Source: Candidatus Limnocylindrales bacterium
GTDB lineage: Bacteria; Chloroflexota; Limnocylindria; Limnocylindrales; CSP1-4
Length of the DNA stretch: 64,000 nucleotides
Direction of reading: 5' to 3'
Assembly (NCBI GenBank): GCA_035248345.1
Contig: DATFHO010000082.1
Coordinates: 2,410-66,409, forward strand
The translations under genes and the position numbers were made by a program. Below, in pieces: positions 47,654 to 56,677 of the stretch. The stretch's first letter is position 1; each line of letters starts with the position of its first letter. The notes below the pieces were generated by a model that saw nothing but the letters and a program-made list of their open reading frames with translations, was not told the origin of the DNA and did no database searches.

Positions 47654-48772
47654 TTAGGACGTGGTCCTCACGGGCATGACGACATGGACATACCCCTCGT
47701 CGCCGATCGGCTTGAAGACGCCGGGCGCCAATGGCCCTTGCAGCTCCAGCGCGAACTGATCCGCGTCGACCCGCTCGAGGACGTCGGCGAGGTACTTCGC
47801 GTTGAACGCGATCGACGTGCCGTCGCCCTCGACCGCCGCGTCGACCTGGCCGACGTGATCGCCGATCTCCGCGTTCGCGCTCACGGTGATCCCGGACTCG
47901 CCGTTCGACGAGATCTGGAGCTTCACGATGTTGGCCGACTCGTGAGCGATGAGCGCCGCCGGCCGAACGGCCCGCAGGAGCTCCTCGCGATCGAGGATCG
48001 CCCGGGTCGTGTGGGCCTTCGGCAGCACCGTCTGGTAGTTCGGGAACTGGCCGTCGATCAACCGGCTCACGAGGTCGATGCCCTCGAGGTGGAACAGGAC
48101 CTGGTTGCGACTCTGGGCGAGCACCACCTCGACCGGTTCGTCCGTGTCGCCGAGGATCCGCATGAGCTCCGTGAGGGCTCGCGCGGGCACGACGACGCTG
48201 GTCTCGCCGACCGGATCGAGCACCGGGATGGTCTTGACCGCGATCCGGTAGTTGTCCGCGGCGGCCAATGTCAGGGTGTCGCCCTCGAACCGGCACAGGA
48301 CGCCGGTCAGGATCGGGCGGGCCTCGTCCGTGGCGGCCGCGAATGCCGTCTCCTCGAGGGCTCGCTTCAGGACGTTCTGGGCGATCCGCGTGGTTGGACG
48401 CTCGCCGGTCGGCTGGATCGACGGGAACTCATCCGCATCGATGCCCTTGACGTTCGACTTGAACGGGCCGGCGCTGACGTGCAGCGTCTCGTTCGCTCCG
48501 GTCTCCAGGTCGATGCGCTGGCCCCCCGGCAACGAGCTCACGAGGTCCGCGAGCAGGCGTGCCGGCACCGTGGTCGAGCCGTCCGTCTCGACCTTGCCCG
48601 GGACCCAGTACACGAGCCCGATCTCCAGGTTCGTGGTGGTGAGGCGGAGGCCGCCGTCCTCCGTCTTGAGGAGGACGTTGGCGAGGACGGGCAGGGTGCT
48701 TCTGTTGGAGACCGCCCGGCTTACGACCCCGAGGCCGCGTGCCAGGTTCTCCTGCATGACCGAGAGCTTCAC
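47654..48772 (-). CDS. dnaN: DNA polymerase III beta sliding clamp
   Basis: 372 aa with N-terminus (V)KLSVMQENLARGL, three-domain clamp length, and position after dnaA. GTG start. Confidence 0.92.
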   Translation of the reverse strand: MKLSVMQENLARGLGVVSRAVSNRSTLPVLANVLLKTEDGGLRLTTTNLEIGLVYWVPGKVETDGSTTVPARLLADLVSSLPGGQRIDLETGANETLHVSAGPFKSNVKGIDADEFPSIQPTGERPTTRIAQNVLKRALEETAFAAATDEARPILTGVLCRFEGDTLTLAAADNYRIAVKTIPVLDPVGETSVVVPARALTELMRILGDTDEPVEVVLAQSRNQVLFHLEGIDLVSRLIDGQFPNYQTVLPKAHTTRAILDREELLRAVRPAALIAHESANIVKLQISSNGESGITVSANAEIGDHVGQVDAAVEGDGTSIAFNAKYLADVLERVDADQFALELQGPLAPGVFKPIGDEGYVHVVMPVRTTS

Positions 48773-48857
48773 GTCAGGTCCACTCCATGGGCGGGGTCGG
48801 TCCAGGATTCGTCGGACGAGGGCTGCGTCGCAGAGGGTTCCCGGCTCCCGCGAAGCC

Positions 48858-49198
48858 GCTTCATTCGGTGTGCGTATCTTCCTTCATTCTTTGACGTACG
48901 TCATCACCGTCATAAGGGTGTGGACGGCGTGGACGGGCGTGCTCGGCCCCGTTTGAGCGCGCGGTGGATGACTCGCGTCGGATGCCGGCGAGCGCCACCT
49001 GAATCGTGGGCGCGCCCCGGGATGACCGGAGGACAACCAGGCTCGACTCGGACCAGCGGATCGGTCGCATTCCCGGATCGTCCACCGCGGTTGTGCCACC
49101 TGTCCGTCATCGCATCCACATTGCGGGAGCATTGCAGGCGCCGCCCTGATCTTGCGATTGCACGGGTCATCCACACAGGAACGCGGTTCGGTGGAGAA
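48858..49198. other. Candidate oriC: DnaA-box cluster plus an AT-richer stretch in the dnaA-dnaN intergenic region
   Basis: Box-like 9-mers with a TCCAC/GTGGA core: 48919-25 TGTGGAC, 48929-34 GTGGAC, 48963-71 GGTGGATGA, 49078-86 TCGTCCACC, 49112-20 GCATCCACA, 49167-75 TCATCCACA, 49190-98 GGTGGAGAA. 48858-48917 is relatively AT-rich. Confidence 0.6.
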
Positions 49199-49251
49199 CT
49201 CGGGGACCGGGAATCCCCGTGCGGGTCACGCGCCGTTCGCGCGCCGGCCCG

Positions 49252-50751
49252 TCAGTCGGCGTAGATCAGCTCGCGAACGGCGGCGATCTCGCGGCGCAGC
49301 TCGTCGTTGCCGGCGGACTCGCGGGTGATCTTGTCGCAGGCGTGGAGCACGGTGGAGTGATCGCGGTTGCCGAGCTCGGCGCCGATGCGCAGGAGCGAGA
49401 CGTCCGTCTCCTCGCGCATGAGGAACATCGCGATCTGGCGCGGCACGACGATCGCCTTGTCCCGCTTCTGGCCACGCAGGGCATCGAGCCCGACGCCGTA
49501 GTACTCGGACACGGCCTTCGCGATCCGCTCCGGCGTGATCTGCCGCTTCTTCGGGTTGTACAGGACGTTCGAGAGCACCGCCTGGGCGAGCTCGATCGAG
49601 ATCGGCATCGCGCCCATCGACGCGTACGCCACGATCCGGTTCAGGGCGCCCTCGAGCTCCCGGATGTTCGAGACGACCTTGCGGGCGATGAACTCGATGA
49701 CGTCCGACGTGATCGGGACCGCGCCCTCCTCGGCTTTGGCGCGGAGGATCGCGATGCGCGTCTCGAGGTCCGGCGAGGTGAGGTCCGCGATCAGGCCCCA
49801 CTCGAAGCGCGACCGGAGCCGCTCCTCGAGGGTCAGGATGGCCTTCGGCGGCCGGTCCGAGCTCAGCACGATCTGCTTGCCGTCCTCGTGGATGGCATTG
49901 AACGTGTGGAAGAACTCCTCCTGGGTCCGCTCCTTGTCGGCGATGAACTGGATGTCATCGATGAGGAGCAGGTCGATCCGACGGTACCGGGCACGGAACT
50001 CGTCGATCTTGCCCTGCTGGATCGACGTGATGAACTCGTTCGTGAACTTCTCCGAGGTCGCGTACACGACGCGCTTCCGCGGGAACTTCGCCATCACCTG
50101 GTTGCCGATCGCGTGCATCAGGTGGGTCTTGCCGAGGCCGACGCCGCCGTACAGGAACAGCGGGTTGTAGGCGTGGCCGGGGCGCTCCGCGACGGAGAGC
50201 GAGGCGGCGTGGGCCAGCCGGTTCGCGGAGCCGACGATGAAGTTCGAGAAGGTGTAGCGGGGGTTGATGTTGGTCGCGCCGCCCTCGCCACCGACCCGGG
50301 TGGGCTCGACACGGACCTGTGGCGACGGCGCCGGCGAGCCCGAGGGGCGCATCGGCGCCGGAGCTGCCTCGCCGATCCGGCTCATCACGCCGGGGCCGAC
50401 CGCCACGCGCGCCGTCCCGTGGCCGTTGTCGCTGCCACTCGGGTCGGCGTCGTGCCCGCTCCTAGCGTCGCCGTCGGCACCGTCCGCGCCACCCATCGCG
50501 GGCTCCGTTGCCCCGACCACGAAGTCAACCTGGACGCCGTAGCCGACGATCCGGCCGAGCGTCTGGGAGATGAGCGAGCGATAGCGGCTTTCCAGCCAGT
50601 CCTTGGCGAAGCCGTTCGGCACCGAGATCCGGAACCGCGTGTCGTCGACCTCGACGAGGGCGGTGTCGCGCAGCCACGTCTCGAAGTTCGCCGGCGAGAG
50701 CGTCACCTGGAGCTCGCCGAGGGCCGCGCGCCAGACCTGCTTGGCATCCAT
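49252..50751 (-). CDS. dnaA: Chromosomal replication initiator DnaA
   Basis: Walker A GGVGLGKTHLMHAIG, box VII and sensor regions, C-terminal HTH (ELGNRDHSTVLHAC.KI). Confidence 0.95.
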   Translation of the reverse strand: MDAKQVWRAALGELQVTLSPANFETWLRDTALVEVDDTRFRISVPNGFAKDWLESRYRSLISQTLGRIVGYGVQVDFVVGATEPAMGGADGADGDARSGHDADPSGSDNGHGTARVAVGPGVMSRIGEAAPAPMRPSGSPAPSPQVRVEPTRVGGEGGATNINPRYTFSNFIVGSANRLAHAASLSVAERPGHAYNPLFLYGGVGLGKTHLMHAIGNQVMAKFPRKRVVYATSEKFTNEFITSIQQGKIDEFRARYRRIDLLLIDDIQFIADKERTQEEFFHTFNAIHEDGKQIVLSSDRPPKAILTLEERLRSRFEWGLIADLTSPDLETRIAILRAKAEEGAVPITSDVIEFIARKVVSNIRELEGALNRIVAYASMGAMPISIELAQAVLSNVLYNPKKRQITPERIAKAVSEYYGVGLDALRGQKRDKAIVVPRQIAMFLMREETDVSLLRIGAELGNRDHSTVLHACDKITRESAGNDELRREIAAVRELIYAD

Positions 50752-51003
50752 GGGTCGATGGGAACTCTCGTTCGGGGGGACGATGTGGGCAGGGAACAGC
50801 GGGGCCGCGAGTGGTGCCGGAGATGGGTGAATGAGGCCGGTTCGTACGCGCTGCCGAGGCTCGGACGGGGCGAGTCGGGCCGGTCGCCGAGGCTTCGGGT
50901 GGCGAAAGGTAGCACTGCCACCTGCGACCCCGCAAGGCGATTCCGCGATACTCCCCGGGGGTATCGGACCGGCGCGTCACCTGCTCCCGCGAGGGTGTCA
51001 CGT

Positions 51004-51033
51004 TTGACGCTGTCGCTGCCCTCGACCTATCAT
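51004..51033 (+). promoter_or_regulatory. Putative promoter of rpmH operon (TTGACG-N18-TATCAT)
   Basis: TTGACG at 51004-51009 and TATCAT at 51028-51033, about 117 nt upstream of the rpmH ATG. Confidence 0.45.
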
Positions 51034-51150
51034 CCGCCGGACGACGAGCGCGCCACGCCCCTGTGTGGGTGTCCGGCGCGTTTGCGTGCCTTCAGGGGTC
51101 GATGACGGACCAGCCCCGAGGCCGGATGGAGAGGATCCCAAGCAGGCACG

Positions 51151-51285
51151 ATGAAGCAGACCTACCAGCCCAAGAAGCGCCACCGCGCCAAGGAACACGG
51201 TTTCCGCGCCCGTATGAAGACGACGGGCGGACGCCGCGTCCTGGCCGCACGCCGGGCCCGCGGTCGCAAGCGCCTGTCGGTCTGA
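51151..51285 (+). CDS. rpmH: 50S ribosomal protein L34
   Basis: Not in the ORF track (44 aa). Translates to [44 protein letters not shown]. Confidence 0.95.
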   Translation: MKQTYQPKKRHRAKEHGFRARMKTTGGRRVLAARRARGRKRLSV

Positions 51286-51317
51286 CGACCGAGCGCGGCT
51301 CTCGGCCGCGACTCGTG

Positions 51318-51671
51318 ATGCTTTCCCGCCCGCAGGACTTCGCGGCGCTCCAGGAGCGCGGGACGATCCGATCGCACCCGCTGCTGGCCGCCAGGGTCCT
51401 CCGGACCGATCTCGAGACGACACGTTTCGGCTTCGCGACTGGACGAGCCCTCGGCTCGGCCGTCGTGCGGAACCGCGTTCGGCGGCGACTCCGGGAGGCC
51501 ATCCGGTCGATGCAGCCGTCGTTGCGACCGGGCTGGGACGTGCTGGTGATCGCCCGGCCGGCGATCGTCGGCGCCGACCTCGGCGCGATCGGCACGGCCC
51601 TCGGCCGGCTCCTCGCCCGCGGTGGCGTCATGACGGAGCGGCGGGCGGACGGAAACGTGGGAGAACGGTGA
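51318..51671 (+). CDS. rnpA: Ribonuclease P protein component
   Basis: Basic ~117-aa protein after rpmH with an RNR-like motif (VVRNRVRRRLRE). The start is uncertain (ATG 51318, GTG 51315 or CTG 51282). Confidence 0.85.
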   Translation: MLSRPQDFAALQERGTIRSHPLLAARVLRTDLETTRFGFATGRALGSAVVRNRVRRRLREAIRSMQPSLRPGWDVLVIARPAIVGADLGAIGTALGRLLARGGVMTERRADGNVGER

Positions 51672-51892
51672 CGCAGGTCGGGATCCTGGGACGGGCGGGC
51701 ATCGCGATGATCCATGCCTACCGATTCGCCTTCCAGTGGATGCCCTCCAGCTGCCGGTACGAGCCGACGTGCTCCCGGTACACGGAGCAGGCGATCAGCA
51801 AGTACGGCCTCTTCCGCGGCTCGTTCATGGGCGCGAAGCGCATCGCCCGCTGCCACCCCGGCCATCCGGGCGGCTACGACCCCGTTCGATGA
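51668..51892 (+). CDS. yidD: Membrane protein insertion efficiency factor YidD
   Basis: CRYEPTCSRYTEQAI..YG and CHPGHPGGYDPV motifs. GTGA overlap with rnpA. Confidence 0.92.
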   Translation: MTQVGILGRAGIAMIHAYRFAFQWMPSSCRYEPTCSRYTEQAISKYGLFRGSFMGAKRIARCHPGHPGGYDPVR

Positions 51893-53148
51893 CGACCATG
51901 CCCCGCCGCCGACACGAACTCCTGCGGCTTGCGCTCGCGATCACCGCGATCCTCGCGATCGTCCTGCTCGTCGCCGCGTGCACCCCGATCGAGCCGTCCG
52001 CGGCCCCGGGCGCCTCGCTTGTCCCGGGCGCGACAGCCGCGCCGAGCGCGACCCCGATCGTCACGCCCCCGCCGACACCGCTGATCGTGACCCCGGCCCC
52101 GATCAAGGCGGACCCGGTGAGCCTGCTCGCCGCCCTGTTCAATCCGATCTTCCAGGCGTTCCTGCTGCTCATGGTCGGGCTGCACCAGTTCACCGGTCTC
52201 GACATGGGCATCGCGATCATCCTCACGACCCTGATCGTCCGGACCGCCATGGTCCCGCTGATGCGCCGGCAGATGGTGTCGATGCGCCGTCTCCAGGCCG
52301 TCGGGCCAGAGGTCAAGGCGATCCAGGCCAAGTACAAGAACGATCGCGTGAAGCAGCAGCAGGCGACGATGGCGCTCTACAAGGAGCGCGGCATCAGCCA
52401 GGCCGGCTGCCTCGTCGCCCTGCTCCCGCTGTTCCTCCTGCTGCCGATGTACCAGGTCGTCCGCGAGGGCCTCACGGCCCAGGACCTGACCGAGTCGCTG
52501 AAGGTCTTCGGCGCGCAGCTCGTCCCGCTGACCTGTCCGCCGCCGCAGCCGATCCTGAACGACCTCGGCGTGCTGACCGGGTTCAAGCCGTGCATCGACT
52601 CGACCATCCCCTGGCTCGGCGGCATCGACGCCGCCGGCCATGGCGGCATCATCCCGTTCGGCTTCACGCTGCCGCTCGTCAACATGACCGGCATCTCGAT
52701 CTTCGCGATCGTGTACCTGATCCTCCAGCTGGTCGCGTCGCGCATGGCCCTGCCGGCGCACAACCCCGAGGTGACGCTGGACCAGAACCAGCGCACGCAG
52801 CGCACGATGGCGCTGTACCTCCCGTTCATCACCCTGCTCTACAGCAACCTGATCCCTGTTGGCGTCTTCCTGTACCTCGTCGTATCGACGCTGTACCAGG
52901 TCGTCCAGCAGTTCCTGACCACCGGCTGGGGCGGCTTGTTCCCGCTCTTCGGCCGGACCCCGGGATTCGCCCGGGACCACACCCCGCGCTTCCCGGTCGC
53001 CATGCCCACGGCGGCCGCACCCACCTCGCGTCCGGCGGGAGCGCCGGCGCGGCCAACCCCTGAGCGGTCGGCCATCGACCGGACAGCGTCGGCGAACGCA
53101 ACGATTCGCCAGCGCGGTCGACAAGGCCGGCGAGGGAGACGTCGATGA
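51889..53148 (+). CDS. yidC: Membrane protein insertase YidC (lipoprotein-type signal, basic C-tail)
   Basis: Lipobox LLVAAC, conserved ILTTLIVRTAMVPL and QPEVKAIQAKYKND-like blocks, Arg-rich C-terminus. Confidence 0.9.
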   Translation: MTTMPRRRHELLRLALAITAILAIVLLVAACTPIEPSAAPGASLVPGATAAPSATPIVTPPPTPLIVTPAPIKADPVSLLAALFNPIFQAFLLLMVGLHQFTGLDMGIAIILTTLIVRTAMVPLMRRQMVSMRRLQAVGPEVKAIQAKYKNDRVKQQQATMALYKERGISQAGCLVALLPLFLLLPMYQVVREGLTAQDLTESLKVFGAQLVPLTCPPPQPILNDLGVLTGFKPCIDSTIPWLGGIDAAGHGGIIPFGFTLPLVNMTGISIFAIVYLILQLVASRMALPAHNPEVTLDQNQRTQRTMALYLPFITLLYSNLIPVGVFLYLVVSTLYQVVQQFLTTGWGGLFPLFGRTPGFARDHTPRFPVAMPTAAAPTSRPAGAPARPTPERSAIDRTASANATIRQRGRQGRRGRRR

Positions 53149-54335
53149 GCACGAGCGCCTATCGCGAGTTCACCGGCAAGTCCGTCGAGGAGGCCCTGCG
53201 CATCGCGCGCGAGGACTTCGGCGTCGGGCTCGACGGGCTCGACTTCGAGATCCTGACCCCCGGCAGCCGAGGCGTCCTCGGCATGGGCGCCGAACCGGCG
53301 CGCATCCTGGCCGCCCCGCGCTCCGAGCTCGGTGGCGCCGCCCCGAAGCTCGAGGCCGCGTCGACGCGACCACTGCCGCCCCCTCCGCCCCGCGAGGATC
53401 GCGAGGGTGACGATCGTGGCCCGCGCCGCTTCGGCGATCGGGACCGCGGGAGCTTCGGCGGTGGCCGAGACCGGGATCGTGGCGGCTTCGGTGGCGACCG
53501 CGACCGGGGCCCCCGCCGCGACGATCGTGGCCCGCGTCGCGAGGGCGGTTCCTTCGGTGGCGACCGCGACCGAGCCCCGCGCCGCGAGTTCGCCCCGCAC
53601 GGCGACGCCGGCAGCGCTCCTGCCGAGGCGCGTCCGCCCCGCGAAGACCGACCGCGCGAAGACCGACCCCGGGACGACCGCCCGCGTGAGGATCGGCCGC
53701 CCCGCCGCGACGGCGGCTCCTTCGGTGGCGATCGCGATCGTGGTCCGCGTCGCTATGACGATCGACCGCGTCGCCAGAGCGCCGACCTGACCGAGGGCGA
53801 AGCGGCGGAGGTCGCCGCGGCTCGCGGATCCGTCGCAGCCGAGCGCGCCGAGCTGGAAGCAGCCGAGGCGTCGCCTGAGGCGCTCGCGGCCGGCAAGGTC
53901 ATCCTCGAGCAGCTGCTGGCCCACATCGGATTCGCGGCGCGCGTGGACGTCCAGACCGGCGAGACGAGCCGGCTCAACGTGATCGGCGACGAGAGCGAGC
54001 GCGAGGAGCTCGGTGCCCTGATCGGGCGCAAGGGCGAGCGCCTCTCAGCGCTGCAGCACCTCGTGAACCTGATGCTGTCCCGCGAGATGGGCACGTGGAC
54101 CCGCGTGCTCGTCGACGTCGAGGACTATCGCGGGCGCCGCGAGCGCGCGCTCCGCGAGATCGCCGAGCGCGCCGCGAAGAAGGTCGCCGAGACCGGCAAG
54201 ATGCTCCAGCTGGAGCCGATGCCGGCCCTCGAGCGCCGCTGGATCCACCTGGCGCTCAAGGACAGCGCGGACGTCGCGACGCAGTCGATCGGCGAGGAGC
54301 CGAACCGCCGGATCGTCGTCCTGCCGAGGGGCTAG
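53145..54335 (+). CDS. jag: Jag/KhpB-type RNA-binding protein (Jag_N + KH + R3H) with a long RG/RD-rich insert
   Basis: Jag_N-like N-terminus (GKSVEEALRIAREDFGV), then KH (GALIGRKGERLSALQHL) and R3H (ERRWIHLAL) at the C-terminus. Confidence 0.85.
   Translation: MSTSAYREFTGKSVEEALRIAREDFGVGLDGLDFEILTPGSRGVLGMGAEPARILAAPRSELGGAAPKLEAASTRPLPPPPPREDREGDDRGPRRFGDRDRGSFGGGRDRDRGGFGGDRDRGPRRDDRGPRREGGSFGGDRDRAPRREFAPHGDAGSAPAEARPPREDRPREDRPRDDRPREDRPPRRDGGSFGGDRDRGPRRYDDRPRRQSADLTEGEAAEVAAARGSVAAERAELEAAEASPEALAAGKVILEQLLAHIGFAARVDVQTGETSRLNVIGDESEREELGALIGRKGERLSALQHLVNLMLSREMGTWTRVLVDVEDYRGRRERALREIAERAAKKVAETGKMLQLEPMPALERRWIHLALKDSADVATQSIGEEPNRRIVVLPRG
53388..53774 (+). repeat. Imperfect tandem repeats encoding RG/RD/PRED low-complexity region (SFGGDRDRGPRR and REDRP units) inside jag
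   Basis: Residues ~82-210 contain SFGG(G/D)RDR four times and (P)RED/DDRP four times in tandem. Confidence 0.8.
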
Positions 54336-54465
54336 TCGAGCTGTGCTGCGCCGCCGCGATCCCGACCAGGCGAAGGCGGCGCGAGCACGGAAGGCGAGCG
54401 CACGTCAACGTGCGTGAGCCGACGCACGGAGCGCCAACGCCCGGATGGGCGGGAGCGCGGCGGCG

Positions 54466-54882
54466 CTAGAAGTCGACGTCCTCGTTCGAGGCGTCGGTCG
54501 GCGTGAACAGCGTCATCTGCATGCCGTCGGGCGTGCGGACGCGCGCGTTTCGGTCGCCCCATGGCGTGAGCGCGGCCGCGGCCTCGAGGGTTGCGCCGGC
54601 CCGGACGAGCGCGTCGGCAGCCGCGCCCGCGTCATCGACGTGGATCGCGAAGCGGATGACGCCTGACGTCCGGCGCCCGACCTCGATGGCATCGAGCGTC
54701 TCGGCCTGCTGCTGATCGAACAGCTCGAGCGTCGCGCGCCCGGCCTCCAGGATCATCCCGCGCCCGTTCGAGCGGTTCCAGGCGTCGCGGACCTCGAGCC
54801 CGAGCGCGTCGCGGTAGAAGGCGACCGCGCGATCGAAGTCGTCGACCGTGAGCGCGATCCTGAGCTCCCGAACCGCCGGCAT
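54466..54882 (-). CDS. VOC/glyoxalase family protein
   Basis: 138 aa with VDDFDRAVAFYRDALGLEV and a paired beta-alpha-beta-beta-beta pattern. ATG 54882 lies within track ORF 54466..55290. Confidence 0.7.
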   Translation of the reverse strand: MPAVRELRIALTVDDFDRAVAFYRDALGLEVRDAWNRSNGRGMILEAGRATLELFDQQQAETLDAIEVGRRTSGVIRFAIHVDDAGAAADALVRAGATLEAAAALTPWGDRNARVRTPDGMQMTLFTPTDASNEDVDF

Positions 54883-54925
54883 CGCTCGACGGTAGCAAAG
54901 GCCCGGCAATGCCAGAATCCGCGGC

Positions 54926-55390
54926 ATGACGAACGACCGAACCGCTCCCTGGTCTGATTTCGCAACCGCCTCACCCGAGATCGCGGCGAAAGGCGCCCGG
55001 CACCTGGACCGCGCCGAGGGCGCCGCGCTCCTCGCCACCGTCAGGGGCAGCGACAACGCACCGCGCATCCACCCGGTCACCGTCGGGATCAAGGAGGGCG
55101 GACTGTACGTGTTCGTCCTCGATTCCGCGAAGCGAGTCGACCTCGCCGAGGATGGCCGGTACGCGCTCCATGCCCACCAGGACATGGCCGCTCCGGACGA
55201 GTTCTCGGTGCGCGGCCGCGCGGCGCTGGTCCCGCAGGGCACGGTTCGCGACAAGGTCGCGAACGGCTGGTTCTTCGAGGTCGACGACACGTACTGGCTG
55301 TTCGAGCTGCAGATCCAGGCGGCGATCCTGGGTGAGCGCGCCGCCGACGAGTGGCCGCCGCGCTACAAGCGCTGGTCGTCCGCCGGCTGA
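54926..55390 (+). CDS. Pyridoxamine 5-prime-phosphate oxidase-like (split-barrel flavin/deazaflavin-binding) family protein
   Basis: 154 aa. The family resemblance (LATVRGSDNAPRIHPV...) is moderate. Confidence 0.55.
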   Translation: MTNDRTAPWSDFATASPEIAAKGARHLDRAEGAALLATVRGSDNAPRIHPVTVGIKEGGLYVFVLDSAKRVDLAEDGRYALHAHQDMAAPDEFSVRGRAALVPQGTVRDKVANGWFFEVDDTYWLFELQIQAAILGERAADEWPPRYKRWSSAG

Positions 55391-55407
55391 GGCAAGGTCA
55401 GGATCAC

Positions 55408-56619
55408 GTGCGCCGCGCGTCCCTCGCCGCCGAGCTGCTCGCGTCCGCGTTCTTCGTCGCAGCCGTCGCCGGCTGTGGACAATCGACGGCGAGCCCGGCC
55501 GCGCCGCCGGTGCTCGGCATCGACTGGGCTCGAGTGACATCCGTCGAACGCCCGCAGGTGTACGAAGAGACGGTCGCGCCGAGCTACGTGGGCAAGCACC
55601 CGATCCTGCGGATCGCGGGCCAGGCGATGATGACCGACCTCATCGCTCGCGCCGGCGGCGGATTCGCCGCCATCGGCTACGTCCCGCCCGACTGGCACCC
55701 CACGGCCTGGACATCCGAGGACGGCTCCACGTGGACGCTCCGACCGATCGAGGACACGTCGTTCACGTTCCCTGTCTCGCTGGCCCGCGGCGCCGACGGC
55801 ACGCTCGTCGCCGTTGGCCGTTCGGCGTCCGACCCCGTCGCGTGGACCTCGCCGGACGGCGTGACCTGGACGCGCCACGATGTGCCGGTGCTGGGCACGG
55901 ACCGGACGGCCGAACGAATGACGTCGGTGGTCGCGACGGCGAAGGGCTTCGTGGCCGGGGGCTCGGTCGGCTCGGAGCTGCTCGATCGACACGCGCGCTT
56001 CTGGACCTCGCCGGACGGCGCCACGTGGACCCCGGACCTGGATGACGAGGGGACGTTCGCCAATGCCGAGGTTCGCTCCATCGCGGTCCTCGGCGACGGC
56101 GGGCTGGTCGCAGTCGGTGTCGTCGGATCGTTCCAGCAGCCGACCGGCGCTGTGGCGTGGACCTCACCGGACGGCCTGAGCTGGAACCGCATCGAGGACC
56201 CCGCGTTTTCCGGCGCGATCCTCGTATCGGTGATCGGCGGGTCGCCTCACGGTCTGGTGGCAGTCGGATCGGACCTGGATCGCAGGAATGCGGTTGCGTT
56301 CACATCCGCCGACGGGCTCGCGTGGACGCGCTCCCCGGACGAGCCGAGCCGGCAGCACAGTGGCGGGTATGCGTGGATGACGGACGTCACGGTCGTCGGC
56401 GACCAGATGATCGCGGTAGGAACGCTCCAGGGACTCCAGCGCGGCACGGCCATCTCGTGGGTCTCGAAGGACGGCATGAGCTGGCAGCAGGCGCATTCGG
56501 CGCCGGTGCAGGAGGGCGCCGAGTTCTACGCGGTCATCCCGGGCGGACCAGGCGCGCTCGTGGTCGGCGACTTCGGCGCGCCGGACTCGTACGTGCCCGA
56601 GGTGTGGCAGAGCCCATGA
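55408..56619 (+). CDS. Lipoprotein with six BNR/Asp-box repeats (beta-propeller)
   Basis: Lipobox VAAVAGC. Six spaced copies of the SxDGxxW-type motif (WTSEDGSTW, WTSPDGVTW, WTSPDGATW, WTSPDGLSW, FTSADGLAW, WVSKDGMSW). Confidence 0.75.
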   Translation: MRRASLAAELLASAFFVAAVAGCGQSTASPAAPPVLGIDWARVTSVERPQVYEETVAPSYVGKHPILRIAGQAMMTDLIARAGGGFAAIGYVPPDWHPTAWTSEDGSTWTLRPIEDTSFTFPVSLARGADGTLVAVGRSASDPVAWTSPDGVTWTRHDVPVLGTDRTAERMTSVVATAKGFVAGGSVGSELLDRHARFWTSPDGATWTPDLDDEGTFANAEVRSIAVLGDGGLVAVGVVGSFQQPTGAVAWTSPDGLSWNRIEDPAFSGAILVSVIGGSPHGLVAVGSDLDRRNAVAFTSADGLAWTRSPDEPSRQHSGGYAWMTDVTVVGDQMIAVGTLQGLQRGTAISWVSKDGMSWQQAHSAPVQEGAEFYAVIPGGPGALVVGDFGAPDSYVPEVWQSP

Positions 56620-56622
56620 AAG

Positions 56623-56656
56623 AACAGGACCCCGGCGCCATCTCCGGGGTCCTGTT
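56623..56656. terminator. Perfect 13-bp stem hairpin between convergent genes (candidate bidirectional terminator)
   Basis: AACAGGACCCCGG (56623-35), an 8-nt loop, then CCGGGGTCCTGTT (56644-56). The U-tract is weak (CUUUC on the minus-strand transcript only). Confidence 0.6.
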
Positions 56657-56677
56657 GCAGGGAAATGCGAGCGAGGG

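Noticed and set aside
50752-51150. The rpmH-dnaA intergenic region as an alternative oriC
   Set aside because: I found no cluster of TCCAC/GTGGA-core boxes there, only a promoter-like TTGACG-N18-TATCAT and a short GC hairpin. The dnaA-dnaN gap is the better candidate.
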